A stretch of 64,000 nucleotides of DNA from Acidobacteriota bacterium (GCA_040005235.1 JBDTZG010000026.1:1-64000); one strand, 5' to 3'. Positions 48,825 through 58,703 are shown, counted from the first letter of the stretch. Numbers and translations: made by a program. The notes: a model not told the origin generated them from the letters alone.

Positions 48825-50468
48825 ATGTCGAGGACTCCCTTGTTTCGCTACTTGGAGCGCGCCGCCCGGCTCGCGCGCGCGGCGCAGGCTTCCGGCGCCT
48901 CCTCGGCCGAGACGGTCGAGCGTTGGCGCGAGAGCGTCCAGTTCTCGCGGCGCAGCTTTCTCACCACGGCGGGAGCCGCCGCCGTGGGACTCGCGGCCGG
49001 TTGCGGCAAGATCGCGCAGCTCACCGGGCGCGGCGACGGCAAGAAGGGCGATCGGCCGGTGCTGATCATCGGCGGCGGCATCGCGGGTCTCACCTGCGCC
49101 TACCGGCTGCATCAGCAGAACGTGCCGGTGCGGGTGATCGAAGGGCAGAAGCGGGTCGGCGGCCGGATGTTTTCACTCACCAACTATTTCCCCGAAAACC
49201 AGGTGTGCGAGCTGGGCGGCGAGCTGGTCGACTCCGGCCACGAGCACCTGCGCGGCCTCTGTCAGGAGTTCGGCCTCACCCTCGACGATTTCGACACCGA
49301 CGACCCGAAGCTGTCCGACGACCTCTGGTATTTCGACGGCGTCCGGCGGAAGGACGCGGATGTGGTCGAGGCGTTCAAGCCGATCGCCGAGAAGATGGCC
49401 AAGTCCTGGGAAGAGGTGAACGGCGACTCGTTCGACTACAAGAACCCTAACGGCGCCGAGCAGGTGGACAACCTGTCGATCGCCCAGTGGCTCGACGAGG
49501 CGGAGTGCGACGGCTGGTTCCGGAAGCTGCTCGAAGTGGGCTACGTCACCGAATACGGCCGCGAGGTCTCGGAGCAATCCGCCTGGAACATGCTCTACCT
49601 GATCGATTACGAAACGCCCGATCCGTTCCGTATCTTCGGCGACAGCGACGAGCGGTACCACATCCGCGGCGGCAACGATCAGGTGCCGAAGCTGCTCGCC
49701 GGCAAGCTTGGCGACCGGGTGGAAACCAACAGCCGGCTCGAATCGATCTCCCGCGCGCCCGACGGTTCGTATCGCTGCTCGGTGCGGCGCGACGCGACAT
49801 CCGAGACGATCTCGGCCGACCGCGTGGTGATGGCGCTGCCGTTCACCATGCTGCGCGAGGTGCAGATGGACGTCGAGTTGCCGGCGGTCAAAAAGAAGGC
49901 GATCGCCGAGCTGGGCTACGGCACGAACGCCAAGCTGATGGTCGGATTCTCCGAACGCGTCTGGCGCACCGGTTCGGTCGCCTCGAACGGCAGCATCCTG
50001 ACCGACTTGCCGTTCCAGCTCACGTGGGAATCGACCCGGCTGCAACCCGGCAAGGGGGGAATCCTGGTCGGTTACACCGGGGGAGAGCGCGGCATGGCGA
50101 TGGGCGAAGGCACTCCGGCCGACCAGGCGGAGAAGTTCGTCGCCGAGCTCGAAAAGGTCTACCCCGGCGTCGCCGAGCGGCGCACCGGCGAGACCCGCAT
50201 GCACTGGCCGACGTTCCCCTGGATGAAGGCGAGCTACGCCTGCTACCTCCCCGGACAGTGGACGACGATCTGCACCGCCGAAGGCGAACGGGTCGACAAG
50301 CTCCACTTCTGCGGCGAGCACACCTCGGTCGATTTCCAGGGCTACATGGAAGGAGGCTGCGAAAGCGGCACCCGCGTCGCCGACGAAATCCTGGTGGACT
50401 TAGGATTGAAGAAGCCCGAGCCGGAAGAAAAGGCGGCGCCGGAAGCGACGGAGAAGAAAGCCGCCTGA
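48825..50468 (+). CDS. Tat-exported flavin monoamine oxidase family protein
   Basis: SRRSFL twin-arginine and lipobox-like LAAGC, IIGGGIAGL, RVGGR, FCGEHTS...GYMEG. Confidence 0.92.
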   Translation: MSRTPLFRYLERAARLARAAQASGASSAETVERWRESVQFSRRSFLTTAGAAAVGLAAGCGKIAQLTGRGDGKKGDRPVLIIGGGIAGLTCAYRLHQQNVPVRVIEGQKRVGGRMFSLTNYFPENQVCELGGELVDSGHEHLRGLCQEFGLTLDDFDTDDPKLSDDLWYFDGVRRKDADVVEAFKPIAEKMAKSWEEVNGDSFDYKNPNGAEQVDNLSIAQWLDEAECDGWFRKLLEVGYVTEYGREVSEQSAWNMLYLIDYETPDPFRIFGDSDERYHIRGGNDQVPKLLAGKLGDRVETNSRLESISRAPDGSYRCSVRRDATSETISADRVVMALPFTMLREVQMDVELPAVKKKAIAELGYGTNAKLMVGFSERVWRTGSVASNGSILTDLPFQLTWESTRLQPGKGGILVGYTGGERGMAMGEGTPADQAEKFVAELEKVYPGVAERRTGETRMHWPTFPWMKASYACYLPGQWTTICTAEGERVDKLHFCGEHTSVDFQGYMEGGCESGTRVADEILVDLGLKKPEPEEKAAPEATEKKAA

Positions 50469-50536
50469 GGTGCGAATCCCGGTCGGCCGCGGGTAGCCTG
50501 CGGCCGGCCGGACGAGCTCTTGCAGGCCATGGGTCA

Positions 50537-50583
50537 CTTTGCAACGCAAAGGACTTGACGATCCGATGACTCGCGGATAGATT
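50537..50583 (+). promoter_or_regulatory. palindromic operator plus sigma70 promoter (probably leaderless transcript)
   Basis: CTTTGC-AAC-GCAAAG directly upstream of TTGACG-N17-TAGATT; the GTG start at 50590 lies 7 nt past the end of the -10. Confidence 0.65.
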
Positions 50584-50589
50584 CCGCCC

Positions 50590-51204
50590 GTGCCCGCCCT
50601 GCGTCCCGTCCCATCCGACCCTCCCGAACCCTCTTCGCTCCATGTGCGGGCGATGGACAACCTGCGCTACATCCGCGAGACGATGGAGGGAGCGGCGCCG
50701 TTCACCGGCGTTTCCGGCTTCGGCGAAATGGCGGTGGGTGCCACGGCGCTCGGCGCGGCTTGGCTGGCCCACCGTTCCGGTCCCACATCCTGGCTTTCGA
50801 TCTGGCTCGGCGAATCGGTGCTCGCGTTCCTCGTCACGTTCGGTGCGATCGCCTGGAAGGCGCGCCGCGCGGGTTTGAGTCTGATCACCAAACCCGGCCG
50901 CCGCTTCGCGTTCGCGCTCTTTCCTACGCTGGTGGCCGGCGCGCTACTCACGTTCGTCCTGGTGCGCGAAGGACAGCTCGAAATCCTGCCCGGGCTCTGG
51001 CTGCTGCTCTATGGTGCGGGGGTCGCCACCGGCGGCGCGTTCGCGGTACGCACGGTGCCGGTGATGGGGCTGTCGTTCATGGCGCTCGGCGCGGCCGAAT
51101 TGGTTTTCGGTCCCTACGCCTCGCGCGATCTGCTGCTTGCCGCGGGCTTCGGCGGGCTTCATCTGATCTTCGGCGCGATCATCGCCAAGAGGCACGGTGG
51201 CTAG
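50590..51204 (+). CDS. six-TM membrane protein
   Basis: Hydrophobic segments, AMDNLRYIRETME N-terminal motif; overlaps the regulator gene. Confidence 0.82.
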   Translation: MPALRPVPSDPPEPSSLHVRAMDNLRYIRETMEGAAPFTGVSGFGEMAVGATALGAAWLAHRSGPTSWLSIWLGESVLAFLVTFGAIAWKARRAGLSLITKPGRRFAFALFPTLVAGALLTFVLVREGQLEILPGLWLLLYGAGVATGGAFAVRTVPVMGLSFMALGAAELVFGPYASRDLLLAAGFGGLHLIFGAIIAKRHGG

Positions 51205-51583
51205 GCGGGCAAGCCTCGTGCGCAACCCGGAGAGCGGCGAGGCCGGCGAGCACGGCGAGGCTCCAGCAACTCCGGCATCCCCCGGCTCCGCGCTCGATCT
51301 CGACCGGCTGATCCACGAGCGGATTCGCCTCGGCATCCTCTCGGCGCTCGCGGTGCACGACACTCTGACCTTCAACGACTTGAAGCACCTGCTTAATACG
51401 ACCGACGGCAATTTGAGCGTCCACGCCCGCAAGTTGGAAGACGCCGGCTACATCGACTGCGCGAAGCGGTTCGAGGGGCGTGTGCCGAAGACCGAATACC
51501 GCCTCGCGGCCCCGGGCCGGCGCGCGCTCGAACGTTATCTGGACCACATGGAAGCGCTGATCCACGCCACGCGCCACGCTTGA
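51197..51583 (+). CDS. winged-helix transcriptional regulator (HTH_34, MarR/ArsR-like)
   Basis: [35 protein letters not shown]. Confidence 0.9.
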   Translation: MARRASLVRNPESGEAGEHGEAPATPASPGSALDLDRLIHERIRLGILSALAVHDTLTFNDLKHLLNTTDGNLSVHARKLEDAGYIDCAKRFEGRVPKTEYRLAAPGRRALERYLDHMEALIHATRHA

Positions 51584-51645
51584 CCTTTTTTTCTTTGGAG
51601 ACTTTGCCAAATGAAGCGCTTTGCCTTGAGGGATGGGAGCAACCG

Positions 51646-52401
51646 ATGAATGGGACGGCTCCGCTTCACGTGGCGATCATCATGGACGGCAACGGCCGCT
51701 GGGCGACCCGCCGCGGACGCTCGCGCACGGCGGGGCATCGGGCCGGGGCGACGGCGGTGCGGCGGACGGTCGAAAACGCCCCCCGGCTCGGGATCGGCAC
51801 GCTCACGCTCTACGCCTTCTCGTCCGACAACTGGCAACGCCCGCCGGTCGAGGTTTCGGCGCTGATGCGGCTGTTCCACGCGTACCTGGCCAACGAGGCC
51901 GCGCGGGCGGCGGACAACGGCGTGCGGATCGAGGTGATCGGCCGGCGCGACCGGCTGTCGCCCGAGCTTCTTCGGTCGATCGAGAAAGCCGAGGCGACGA
52001 CCTCGCGCGGCGAAAAGTTACGCCTGCGGATCGCCGTCGACTATTCGGCGCGAGACGCAATCCTCTTCGCCGCCGATCGACTGCGCGCACTTCCCGCCGG
52101 GGCGATCGACCGCGAGACCTTCTCGCGCCTGCTCGCCGGGGGGATCCACGGCTCTGCCGCGCCGGATGTGGATCTGCTGATCCGCACCGGGGGCGAGCAG
52201 CGCCTATCCGATTTCCTGCTCTGGGAATGCGCCTACGCCGAGCTGGTCTTCACCGACCGGATGTGGCCCGATTTTTCCGCCGACGATCTACACGCGGCGG
52301 TCGACAACTTCCATCACCGCGAACGCCGCTACGGCAAAGTGCTGGAGATGCCGGTTCCGCGCGAAGAGGCGCCGCGGCTGCGGATCGCAGCGCGGGGCTA
52401 G
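51646..52401 (+). CDS. uppS: cis-prenyltransferase (undecaprenyl diphosphate synthase)
   Basis: [49 protein letters not shown]. Confidence 0.95.
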   Translation: MNGTAPLHVAIIMDGNGRWATRRGRSRTAGHRAGATAVRRTVENAPRLGIGTLTLYAFSSDNWQRPPVEVSALMRLFHAYLANEAARAADNGVRIEVIGRRDRLSPELLRSIEKAEATTSRGEKLRLRIAVDYSARDAILFAADRLRALPAGAIDRETFSRLLAGGIHGSAAPDVDLLIRTGGEQRLSDFLLWECAYAELVFTDRMWPDFSADDLHAAVDNFHHRERRYGKVLEMPVPREEAPRLRIAARG

Positions 52402-52409
52402 GCCGGGTC

Positions 52410-52436
52410 AAAAGGGGCGGGGAGACCCCGCCCCTT
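52410..52436 (-). terminator. terminator between convergent uppS and htpG
   Basis: AAAAGGGGCGGG-GAGA-CCCCGCCCCTT. Confidence 0.8.
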
Positions 52437-52444
52437 CATTCTTC

Positions 52445-54529
52445 TTACCCTTCGACGACCGGCGCCGGTTCCTCGGCCTTCGGCACTTCGATAATCACAT
52501 CCGAGGGCCTGACCTCGAGGACCGGTTCCTCGGCCTTGGGCTCCTCGGCCACGGGTTCCGGTTTCGCTGCCGGTTCCGGGGCGGGCGGAGCGTCTTCGAG
52601 GCCGCGGGTCATCATGTCGGAGACCGCTCGGTTGAAGCGAACGACGTCCGGGATCTCGGCGCTTTCGGCGAGTAGGCCGTAGCCGAGCAGCATCTGGGCG
52701 TAGTCCTCGATCCGCGAATCTTTCGGATCGGCATGCCACAGCCCGTGAAGGCGGGTGAGGATTGGGTGGCTCGGATTCAGCTCGACGATCCGGCGCTGCG
52801 CCGGGCCGCCGCCCTTGCCCTTTTGGAGCAGCCGTTCGAGCTGCGGGCTGTAGTCGTGCTCGGCGCCGACCAGGCAGACGGGCGAGCTGGTGAGCCGGTT
52901 GGTCAGACGCACCTGCTTGACGTGGATGTCGAGCAGCTTTTGGAGATGGTCGAGGAACGGCCGCAGGTGCTCTTCCTTGTCCTTGAGCTCCGCTTCGACC
53001 TTCTTCTGCTCGTCCTCGTTGCCCAGCTTGACCGTGCCTTTTTCCACCGACTTCAACTTCTTGCCCTGGACCTCTTGGAGCGACTGCACCAGCAGCTCGT
53101 CGACCGTGTCGGTCAGGAACAGGACTTCGATCCCCTTCGCCTTGAACGCTTCGAGGTGGGGCGAGTTCTCGACCACCTCGCGCGATTCGCCGGTCAGATA
53201 GAAGATCTCGGCCTGACCCTCCTGCATGCGGGAGATGTAGTCGGCGAACGAGGTCAGTTTTTCCTTGTCGGCCGACGACTCGAAGACCAGCAGATTGAGC
53301 AGCTTCTCTTTGTTCTCGTAATCCGAGCTGGTGCCTTCCTTCAGGCAGCGGCCGAAGTGCTTCCAGAACTTCAAGTACGTCTCGTTCTCGTTCGCCTTCA
53401 TCTCCTCGAACGATTCGAGCAGCTTCTTGGTCAGCCACTTCTTCATCTGGGCGATGTGGCGGTCCTGCTGCAGCATCTCGCGCGAGACGTTCAACTGAAG
53501 ATCGGGCGAATCGACCACGCCGCGGACGAAGCGGAGGTACTGCGGCAGCAGGTCCTCGCACTTTTCCATGATCTGGATCCGCTTGACGTAGAGCTGGAGG
53601 GCCGGTTTGGACGCCACGTAGTACAGGTCGTACGGCGCCTCGGACGGGATGAACAGCAGTGATTGGTACTCGATGCGCCCCTCGGCCTTGTACGACAGCA
53701 CCTTGAGCGGCTCGTTCCAATCGTGGGCGATGTGGCGGAAGAAGTCCTTGTACTCCTCGGCCGTCACCTCGGCCTGTGGCCGGGTCCAGATCGGCTTCAT
53801 CGAGTTGAGCGTCTTGTCCTCAATCCGGACCGTCACGTCCTCGCCCATCACCTTCTTGTCGAGGTCTTCGTCGTTCTCGGCCTTGAGGACGATCGGATAG
53901 GTGACGAAGTCCGAATAGCGGCGGACCACGCGCTGGATCGCCCAGCGCTCGGCGAAGTCGTCGAGGCCGTTATCCTTGTCTTCCGGCTTCAGGTGGAGCG
54001 TGATCGTCGTTCCGTGGCCCTTCCGCTCGCCCTCTTCCAGCTGGTAGGTGCCGTCGCCGGTCGATTCCCAGCGCCAGGCCTGATCCTCGCCCGCGCGGCG
54101 GGTGACCAACACGACCTTGTCGGCGGCCATGAAGGACGAATAGAAGCCGACGCCGAACTGGCCGATCATCTCGGCGATCGCCTGCTTGGATTCGGCCGCG
54201 TCCATCTTCTCGACCATCTCGCGGGTGCCCGATTTCGCGATCGTGCCGATGTTGTTGATCAGCTCCTCGCGGTTCATGCCGATGCCGTTGTCGGCGATCG
54301 TCAAGGTGCGCGGCTCCTTGGTCGTGTCGAGGCGGATTTCGAGCTTCTCCTCGCCCAACAGCTCGGGGTGGGTGAGCGCCTCGAAGCGCAGGCGGTCGAG
54401 CGCGTCGGACGCGTTCGAGATCAGCTCGCGCAGGAAGATCTCTTTGTTCGAGTACAGCGAGTGGATCATCAGGTCGAGCAGCTTCTTGGTCTCGGCCTGA
54501 AACTGATGGGTTTCGACAGGGGCAGCCAT
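52445..54529 (-). CDS. htpG: molecular chaperone HtpG (Hsp90)
   Basis: YSNKEIFLRELISNASDA, IGQFGVGFYSSF, LNVSREMLQ; AGGAGG SD. Confidence 0.97.
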   Translation of the reverse strand: MAAPVETHQFQAETKKLLDLMIHSLYSNKEIFLRELISNASDALDRLRFEALTHPELLGEEKLEIRLDTTKEPRTLTIADNGIGMNREELINNIGTIAKSGTREMVEKMDAAESKQAIAEMIGQFGVGFYSSFMAADKVVLVTRRAGEDQAWRWESTGDGTYQLEEGERKGHGTTITLHLKPEDKDNGLDDFAERWAIQRVVRRYSDFVTYPIVLKAENDEDLDKKVMGEDVTVRIEDKTLNSMKPIWTRPQAEVTAEEYKDFFRHIAHDWNEPLKVLSYKAEGRIEYQSLLFIPSEAPYDLYYVASKPALQLYVKRIQIMEKCEDLLPQYLRFVRGVVDSPDLQLNVSREMLQQDRHIAQMKKWLTKKLLESFEEMKANENETYLKFWKHFGRCLKEGTSSDYENKEKLLNLLVFESSADKEKLTSFADYISRMQEGQAEIFYLTGESREVVENSPHLEAFKAKGIEVLFLTDTVDELLVQSLQEVQGKKLKSVEKGTVKLGNEDEQKKVEAELKDKEEHLRPFLDHLQKLLDIHVKQVRLTNRLTSSPVCLVGAEHDYSPQLERLLQKGKGGGPAQRRIVELNPSHPILTRLHGLWHADPKDSRIEDYAQMLLGYGLLAESAEIPDVVRFNRAVSDMMTRGLEDAPPAPEPAAKPEPVAEEPKAEEPVLEVRPSDVIIEVPKAEEPAPVVEG

Positions 54530-54786
54530 GCGGTCCTCCTCTTGCCTGACGCTCGAATTGTTGAAGTTCGGGGAGCCCGGGACGGTGAGCAACGTTCCGT
54601 CGAGGCGTACTCGACCCCAGATGTTTCCGTATTGTACCAGTGCCTCGGGAGAGTCAACCAGAGACTGCGGGATAGGGGCTAAGATTCTGCTCGCCCACCT
54701 CCAGTCTAAGCATCGAACACTCAAGATGAGCCGCTGAATTCCCAGGAAGGGGACCGAAGGGGGCGGCGACGGCTGCTAGACTCGCG

Positions 54787-55701
54787 ATGTTGCCAGCCAC
54801 CTCGCTTTCACCCGCAGACCAAGCCCTAGAAGCCGGCGCCCCGGCGGTTTGGGCTGCCCTCTCGCCGCTCGGCCGGCGGTTGTTTCAGCCGGCGAACTTC
54901 CTCCCTCAGCAGACCGCGGACGCTCGCGGCACGGCCTATAACGGCACGATCGGCCAGATCACCGATGGAGCCGGCCGGCCGCTGCCGCTAGAGCCGATGG
55001 CCGAAGCGCTCTCCGGGATGCCGCAAGCGGCGCGGAACCGGTCGTTCCTCTACTCGCCCGTCGAGGGGATCGCCGAGGTCCGCGCCGCTTGGCGGGAACG
55101 GCAGCGGCGGGGGATTCCGGACGAGATTCCGTCCTCGCTGCCGATCGCGACTTCCGGGCGGGAGCTGGCGATCTCCGGGCTCGCGGAGATCTTCTTGGAG
55201 CCGGGACGCACGGCGCTGGTCGCTTCGCTCGATCCGGTGGCCTTCGAAGATCTGCTGACCCTCCACACCGGAGCGCGGCTCGAACCCGTAGCACTCGATG
55301 GCGAGGCACTGACGAAGGCGCTGGAGAAGCTTCGGGCGGAAGAGCCGGGCTTTCTGCTGATCTCGGGAATCGACGTGGCCGATCGATCGGACATCGTGCG
55401 CGCGCTCGAAGCGGCGGAACGCCCGCTGATCGTCATCTGCGATGCGGGGGAGGCGCTCGATCCGCGCCCCTGGTTCTGGGACCTCGCCGGCCGGGCGCCC
55501 CATCTGGTGCCTTTCCTTGTCGACGGACCGGAGGATTCGTTTCCCGGTGCCGGGCTGGCGTTCCTCACCTTGCCGTTTGCGCCCGGTTCCGCCGTGGCGA
55601 TGGCGCTCGAATCGAAGGTGAAGACGCTCTTGCGCGCCGTGGTCGGCTCGCCGCCTACGCTGGTGCAGATGTTGGTGCTCGAGACGTTGCGGGCTGGCTG
55701 A
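54787..55701 (+). CDS. degenerate class I/II aminotransferase-like protein
   Basis: YNGTIGQIT and LYSPVEGIAEVRAAWR fit fold-type-I aminotransferases, but the NPxNPTG, DxxY and PLP-Lys motifs appear replaced; only 304 aa. Confidence 0.6.
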   Translation: MLPATSLSPADQALEAGAPAVWAALSPLGRRLFQPANFLPQQTADARGTAYNGTIGQITDGAGRPLPLEPMAEALSGMPQAARNRSFLYSPVEGIAEVRAAWRERQRRGIPDEIPSSLPIATSGRELAISGLAEIFLEPGRTALVASLDPVAFEDLLTLHTGARLEPVALDGEALTKALEKLRAEEPGFLLISGIDVADRSDIVRALEAAERPLIVICDAGEALDPRPWFWDLAGRAPHLVPFLVDGPEDSFPGAGLAFLTLPFAPGSAVAMALESKVKTLLRAVVGSPPTLVQMLVLETLRAG

Positions 55702-55732
55702 GGTGGTGGCAGGGGCCACTGCTTCGGGATTG

Positions 55733-55761
55733 TTGACAGGCGCGCAGATTCGGGATAAGTT
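55733..55761 (+). promoter_or_regulatory. sigma70 promoter
   Basis: TTGACA-N17-TAAGTT. Confidence 0.75.
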
Positions 55762-55767
55762 GCTCCG

Positions 55768-55843
55768 CAACTTAGACGCTATGGGGCTCTGGCCCCGAGC
55801 AATTTACCTCCCCCGGGCCTGCGCAAGCACACCCGGGGTTTTT
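55768..55843 (+). ncRNA. putative structured small RNA or leader upstream of the NYN nuclease gene
   Basis: Hairpin GCT-AT-GGGGC-TCTG-GCCCC-G-AGC, then CCCCGGG-CC-TGC-GCAA-GCA-CA-CCCGGGG-TTTTT. Confidence 0.5.
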
Positions 55844-55858
55844 AGTTTGGGGCTCCCC

Positions 55859-56488
55859 ATGTCAGATCGGGCGATTTTATTCATCGACGGGAACAACTGG
55901 TTCCATGCCTGTAAGCAGTGCGGCCTGAAGGCTCTGTTCGCCCTGAACTACGCCGCGATCTCCGAAAAGCTGGTGGCCCCGAGGGCGTGGGTAGGAACTC
56001 GCTATTACATCGGTGGCCTCAAACAGGAGCACAAAGGTTTCCGCGAGCAACGGCAGTTCCTCTCCCGAATTCAGAATCAAGATCCCAGGATTACCGTTCA
56101 CTATGGGCGAATCGAAGAAAGGCCCAAAGCAAACGAGCTTGCGATTGCGCTCTCCAGTTACCTTGCCACCGCGACTCTCGAACCCCCTGTGAGAGCGGAA
56201 CTCGAGCGGCTGGCCAACGAACATAGAAGGGTCTCCTTCCTGAAGGAGAAGGCAGCCGATGTGATGCTCGCCGTAGAGATGTACCGGTTGGCAGTTGAGG
56301 ACCGCTATGAAGCGGGCTACCTGTTGTCGGCAGACGGAGACTTCACTCCTGCGATCGAAGCGGTCCGAAACCTGGGGAAGAAAATCTACTGCGCCTCGCC
56401 CATGTTCAGCTATGCGCTCAAGAACACTGCCAACTCCTTCATCCCTCTCGCCAAGGATTGGTTTGCGGGCTGCTTCGCCTTCGAATAA
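55859..56488 (+). CDS. NYN domain (LabA/DUF88, PIN-like) ribonuclease
   Basis: LFIDGNNW, KEKAADVMLAVEM, LLSADGDFTPAI acidic catalytic motifs; lower GC than the flanks. Confidence 0.9.
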   Translation: MSDRAILFIDGNNWFHACKQCGLKALFALNYAAISEKLVAPRAWVGTRYYIGGLKQEHKGFREQRQFLSRIQNQDPRITVHYGRIEERPKANELAIALSSYLATATLEPPVRAELERLANEHRRVSFLKEKAADVMLAVEMYRLAVEDRYEAGYLLSADGDFTPAIEAVRNLGKKIYCASPMFSYALKNTANSFIPLAKDWFAGCFAFE

Positions 56489-56516
56489 AGGGCCGAAAAG
56501 GGCGAGGTAACCGCGC

Positions 56517-57501
56517 TCAATTCGCGGCGGGCCGCACCCCGACCGCCACGGTCGAAAGCGGCGGCAGGGTCCAGCGGAGAACCGTCCCCTCGGAGGAGAC
56601 CAAGCTCGGGGCTGCTTCCCCGAACACAGGCTCGAACGTCGATTTCACTCCCACCAGGCCCTTCGGATCGAACGTCAGCTCGCGCGGCGCGGTGCCCAAG
56701 TTCGTGGCGACCAGAATCGTCTCGTCCGCGGTTTTCTTGGCGAACGCCAGAGCGGTCTTGTCGGCAAACAGAGGAAGCCGCTCGCCGTGGGAAAGCGCCG
56801 GATGCTCGCGGCGGGCGTGGAGGATGCGGGCGGTCTTTTCGACCAGTGCGGCGTCGAGCTTGCCCCAGGGCATGGGAAGGCGCCCGGCGTCGGTGAAGCC
56901 CGCTTTCGGCCCGCCGTGGGCGAGGCCGGTTTCGGTTCCGTAATAGATCACCATAGGCCCGGAGACGCTCGCCATGAAACCGACAGAGCTTCTCGGCATC
57001 CTGGCGCGCGGCGGTGGTCCTCGGGCGCAGGCCGTCGGGATCGCCCGCCGGCTTGTCGTAGGTGCCGGCCGCGTGGTTCAGCGGAATGTCGAGAATCGTT
57101 CGGATGCCGCGCTTGGCCAGCTCGCCGCGGAGCTTTTGGAACAGGGCGAGGGACTCCTCGGGCTTGCCCGGGATGCCCACCGCGTCGCCGATCCGGTAAT
57201 AGTTGGTGACGTCGTAGCCGTGCGAGCTGCGGGCCGCGAAGACCGGCGACAGCCAGACCGCGTTGATCCCCAGCTTTTCCAGATGGTCGAGGTGGTCGAG
57301 GATGCCTTGCAGGTCGCCGCCCGCGTAGTTGGGCTGCTTCCAGCCGGAGATTTCGCCGTCGTTCGCTCGGTTGCCGTCGGCGAACATCTCGACCGTCACG
57401 TGATAAATGATCCAGTCGTCGAAAGGCCCTGCAGGTGCGGCGCAAGGCGCGCCCAACAGGGCCGCCCCGAGGATCAACCCTAGGGTCAGGCGAGTTCTCA
57501 G
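56517..57501 (-). pseudogene. GH13 alpha-amylase family gene with internal deletion of the catalytic core
   Basis: GGDLQGILDHLDHL, WLSPVF, HGYD, LDIPLNH, then an out-of-frame jump near 56985 to PMVIYYGTETG and the C-terminal beta domain. Conserved regions II-IV are absent. Confidence 0.85.
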
Positions 57502-57512
57502 AGCCTCTTTCC

Positions 57513-58703
57513 TCAGATCCCTTTCGGGGGAGGCGCCGAAGTCGGGTTGACCGGGGGCGCAGGTGCCACTTCCGGTTCCGCCACACAACCGTCGGCGGTG
57601 GAATCGCCGCAGCCGGCGGGGATTACCGGAACGGTCACCGGGTCGGCGGGCTTCGCGGGATCTTCGCCTTTTGGGTCTTGGCCCTCCTTCGCGGCGGCTA
57701 GGCACTCCTCGTCGTCTTCCTCGCAGGGGGCATCGCTCTCGTCGGCGGTTACCGACTCCGCAGAATCGGCTTCAGCGTCCTCTTCCTCCGCTTCCGGTTC
57801 GTTCTCCAATACCGCGGCGGAGGGCGCCAGACTCTCGGGCAGCTCGGTGGTCTGCTCCAGGAAGCTCCAGGCTTTTGCCTGATCGAGATCGAGCACCTTC
57901 ACCGAGCCGATCTCGGCCTCGGTCTGAATCTGATCGACGATCGGATCGACTTCGGCGTAGGCGGCGCGCTGCGCCTTGGGCGCGGCGGCTTTGATCGCCG
58001 CCCATTCGCCTTCGATCTCGGGCAAGGCGGCGAGCGCGTTCAGGTAGGCGTCGAGGTCGTTCGCCGAGAGGAGGGACGCCTGGGTTCGGGCACGGAAATG
58101 GGCGAGGCGGCGCGCCTCGTCGAGCTCGTGCGCGCGGCGGGCCCTGGCTTCCAGGCGGTCGATCAGGCGGGCGAGCTGCTCCTGGGCTCGGCGCACCACG
58201 TCCAGCCGGTGGGCCTCTTCGGCCGAGAGCGGCCGGTCTTGGCGGTGGCGCACGCCCTCGGGGCCGTAGGTGCCGCGAAACACCGTCCACGAGGTCGAAA
58301 GCGTGGCGAGCCCCGTCTGCACCCCGGCGTTCGGAACCCCGATCCGCTCCCAGGCGGTACCCAGCTCGGCGATCCGGCCACCGGCCCGCGCGACGCGCGA
58401 GAACAGATCGCCGGCCGGCGGGTGGCTGGGGCCGCCCAAGCCGGCGCCGACTTCCGCGAGCGCCTGGTTGGCGCTCTGAAGCGAGGCCCAAAACGGCGCG
58501 ATCCGCGCCGGCTCCGCGCCCAGGCGGGCGTCGGCCGAAGCGGCCTGCTGCACCGAAACGAGGGAGTTGGCGGCGATCGAGATCAGCGACCGGGCCGAAA
58601 CGCGCGGCGGAGCGCTCTGCGCGGCGGCGCCCGTAGCAACACCAAGCAGCAGTAGGAGCGCGAGCGAGGATCGGCCGGGAAGGAGAGGTTTTGCGATCTT
58701 CAT
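57513..58703 (-). CDS. secreted helical hypothetical protein with acidic tail
   Basis: Signal peptide (AAA-QS), host-like codon use, E/D/P-rich C-terminus. Confidence 0.72.
   Translation of the reverse strand: MKIAKPLLPGRSSLALLLLLGVATGAAAQSAPPRVSARSLISIAANSLVSVQQAASADARLGAEPARIAPFWASLQSANQALAEVGAGLGGPSHPPAGDLFSRVARAGGRIAELGTAWERIGVPNAGVQTGLATLSTSWTVFRGTYGPEGVRHRQDRPLSAEEAHRLDVVRRAQEQLARLIDRLEARARRAHELDEARRLAHFRARTQASLLSANDLDAYLNALAALPEIEGEWAAIKAAAPKAQRAAYAEVDPIVDQIQTEAEIGSVKVLDLDQAKAWSFLEQTTELPESLAPSAAVLENEPEAEEEDAEADSAESVTADESDAPCEEDDEECLAAAKEGQDPKGEDPAKPADPVTVPVIPAGCGDSTADGCVAEPEVAPAPPVNPTSAPPPKGI

Noticed and set aside
54630-54685. CIRCE element upstream of htpG
   Set aside because: Only partial similarity; no TTAGCACTC-N9-GAGTGCTAA. 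An extended -10 (TGGTACAAT) on the minus strand is plausible instead.
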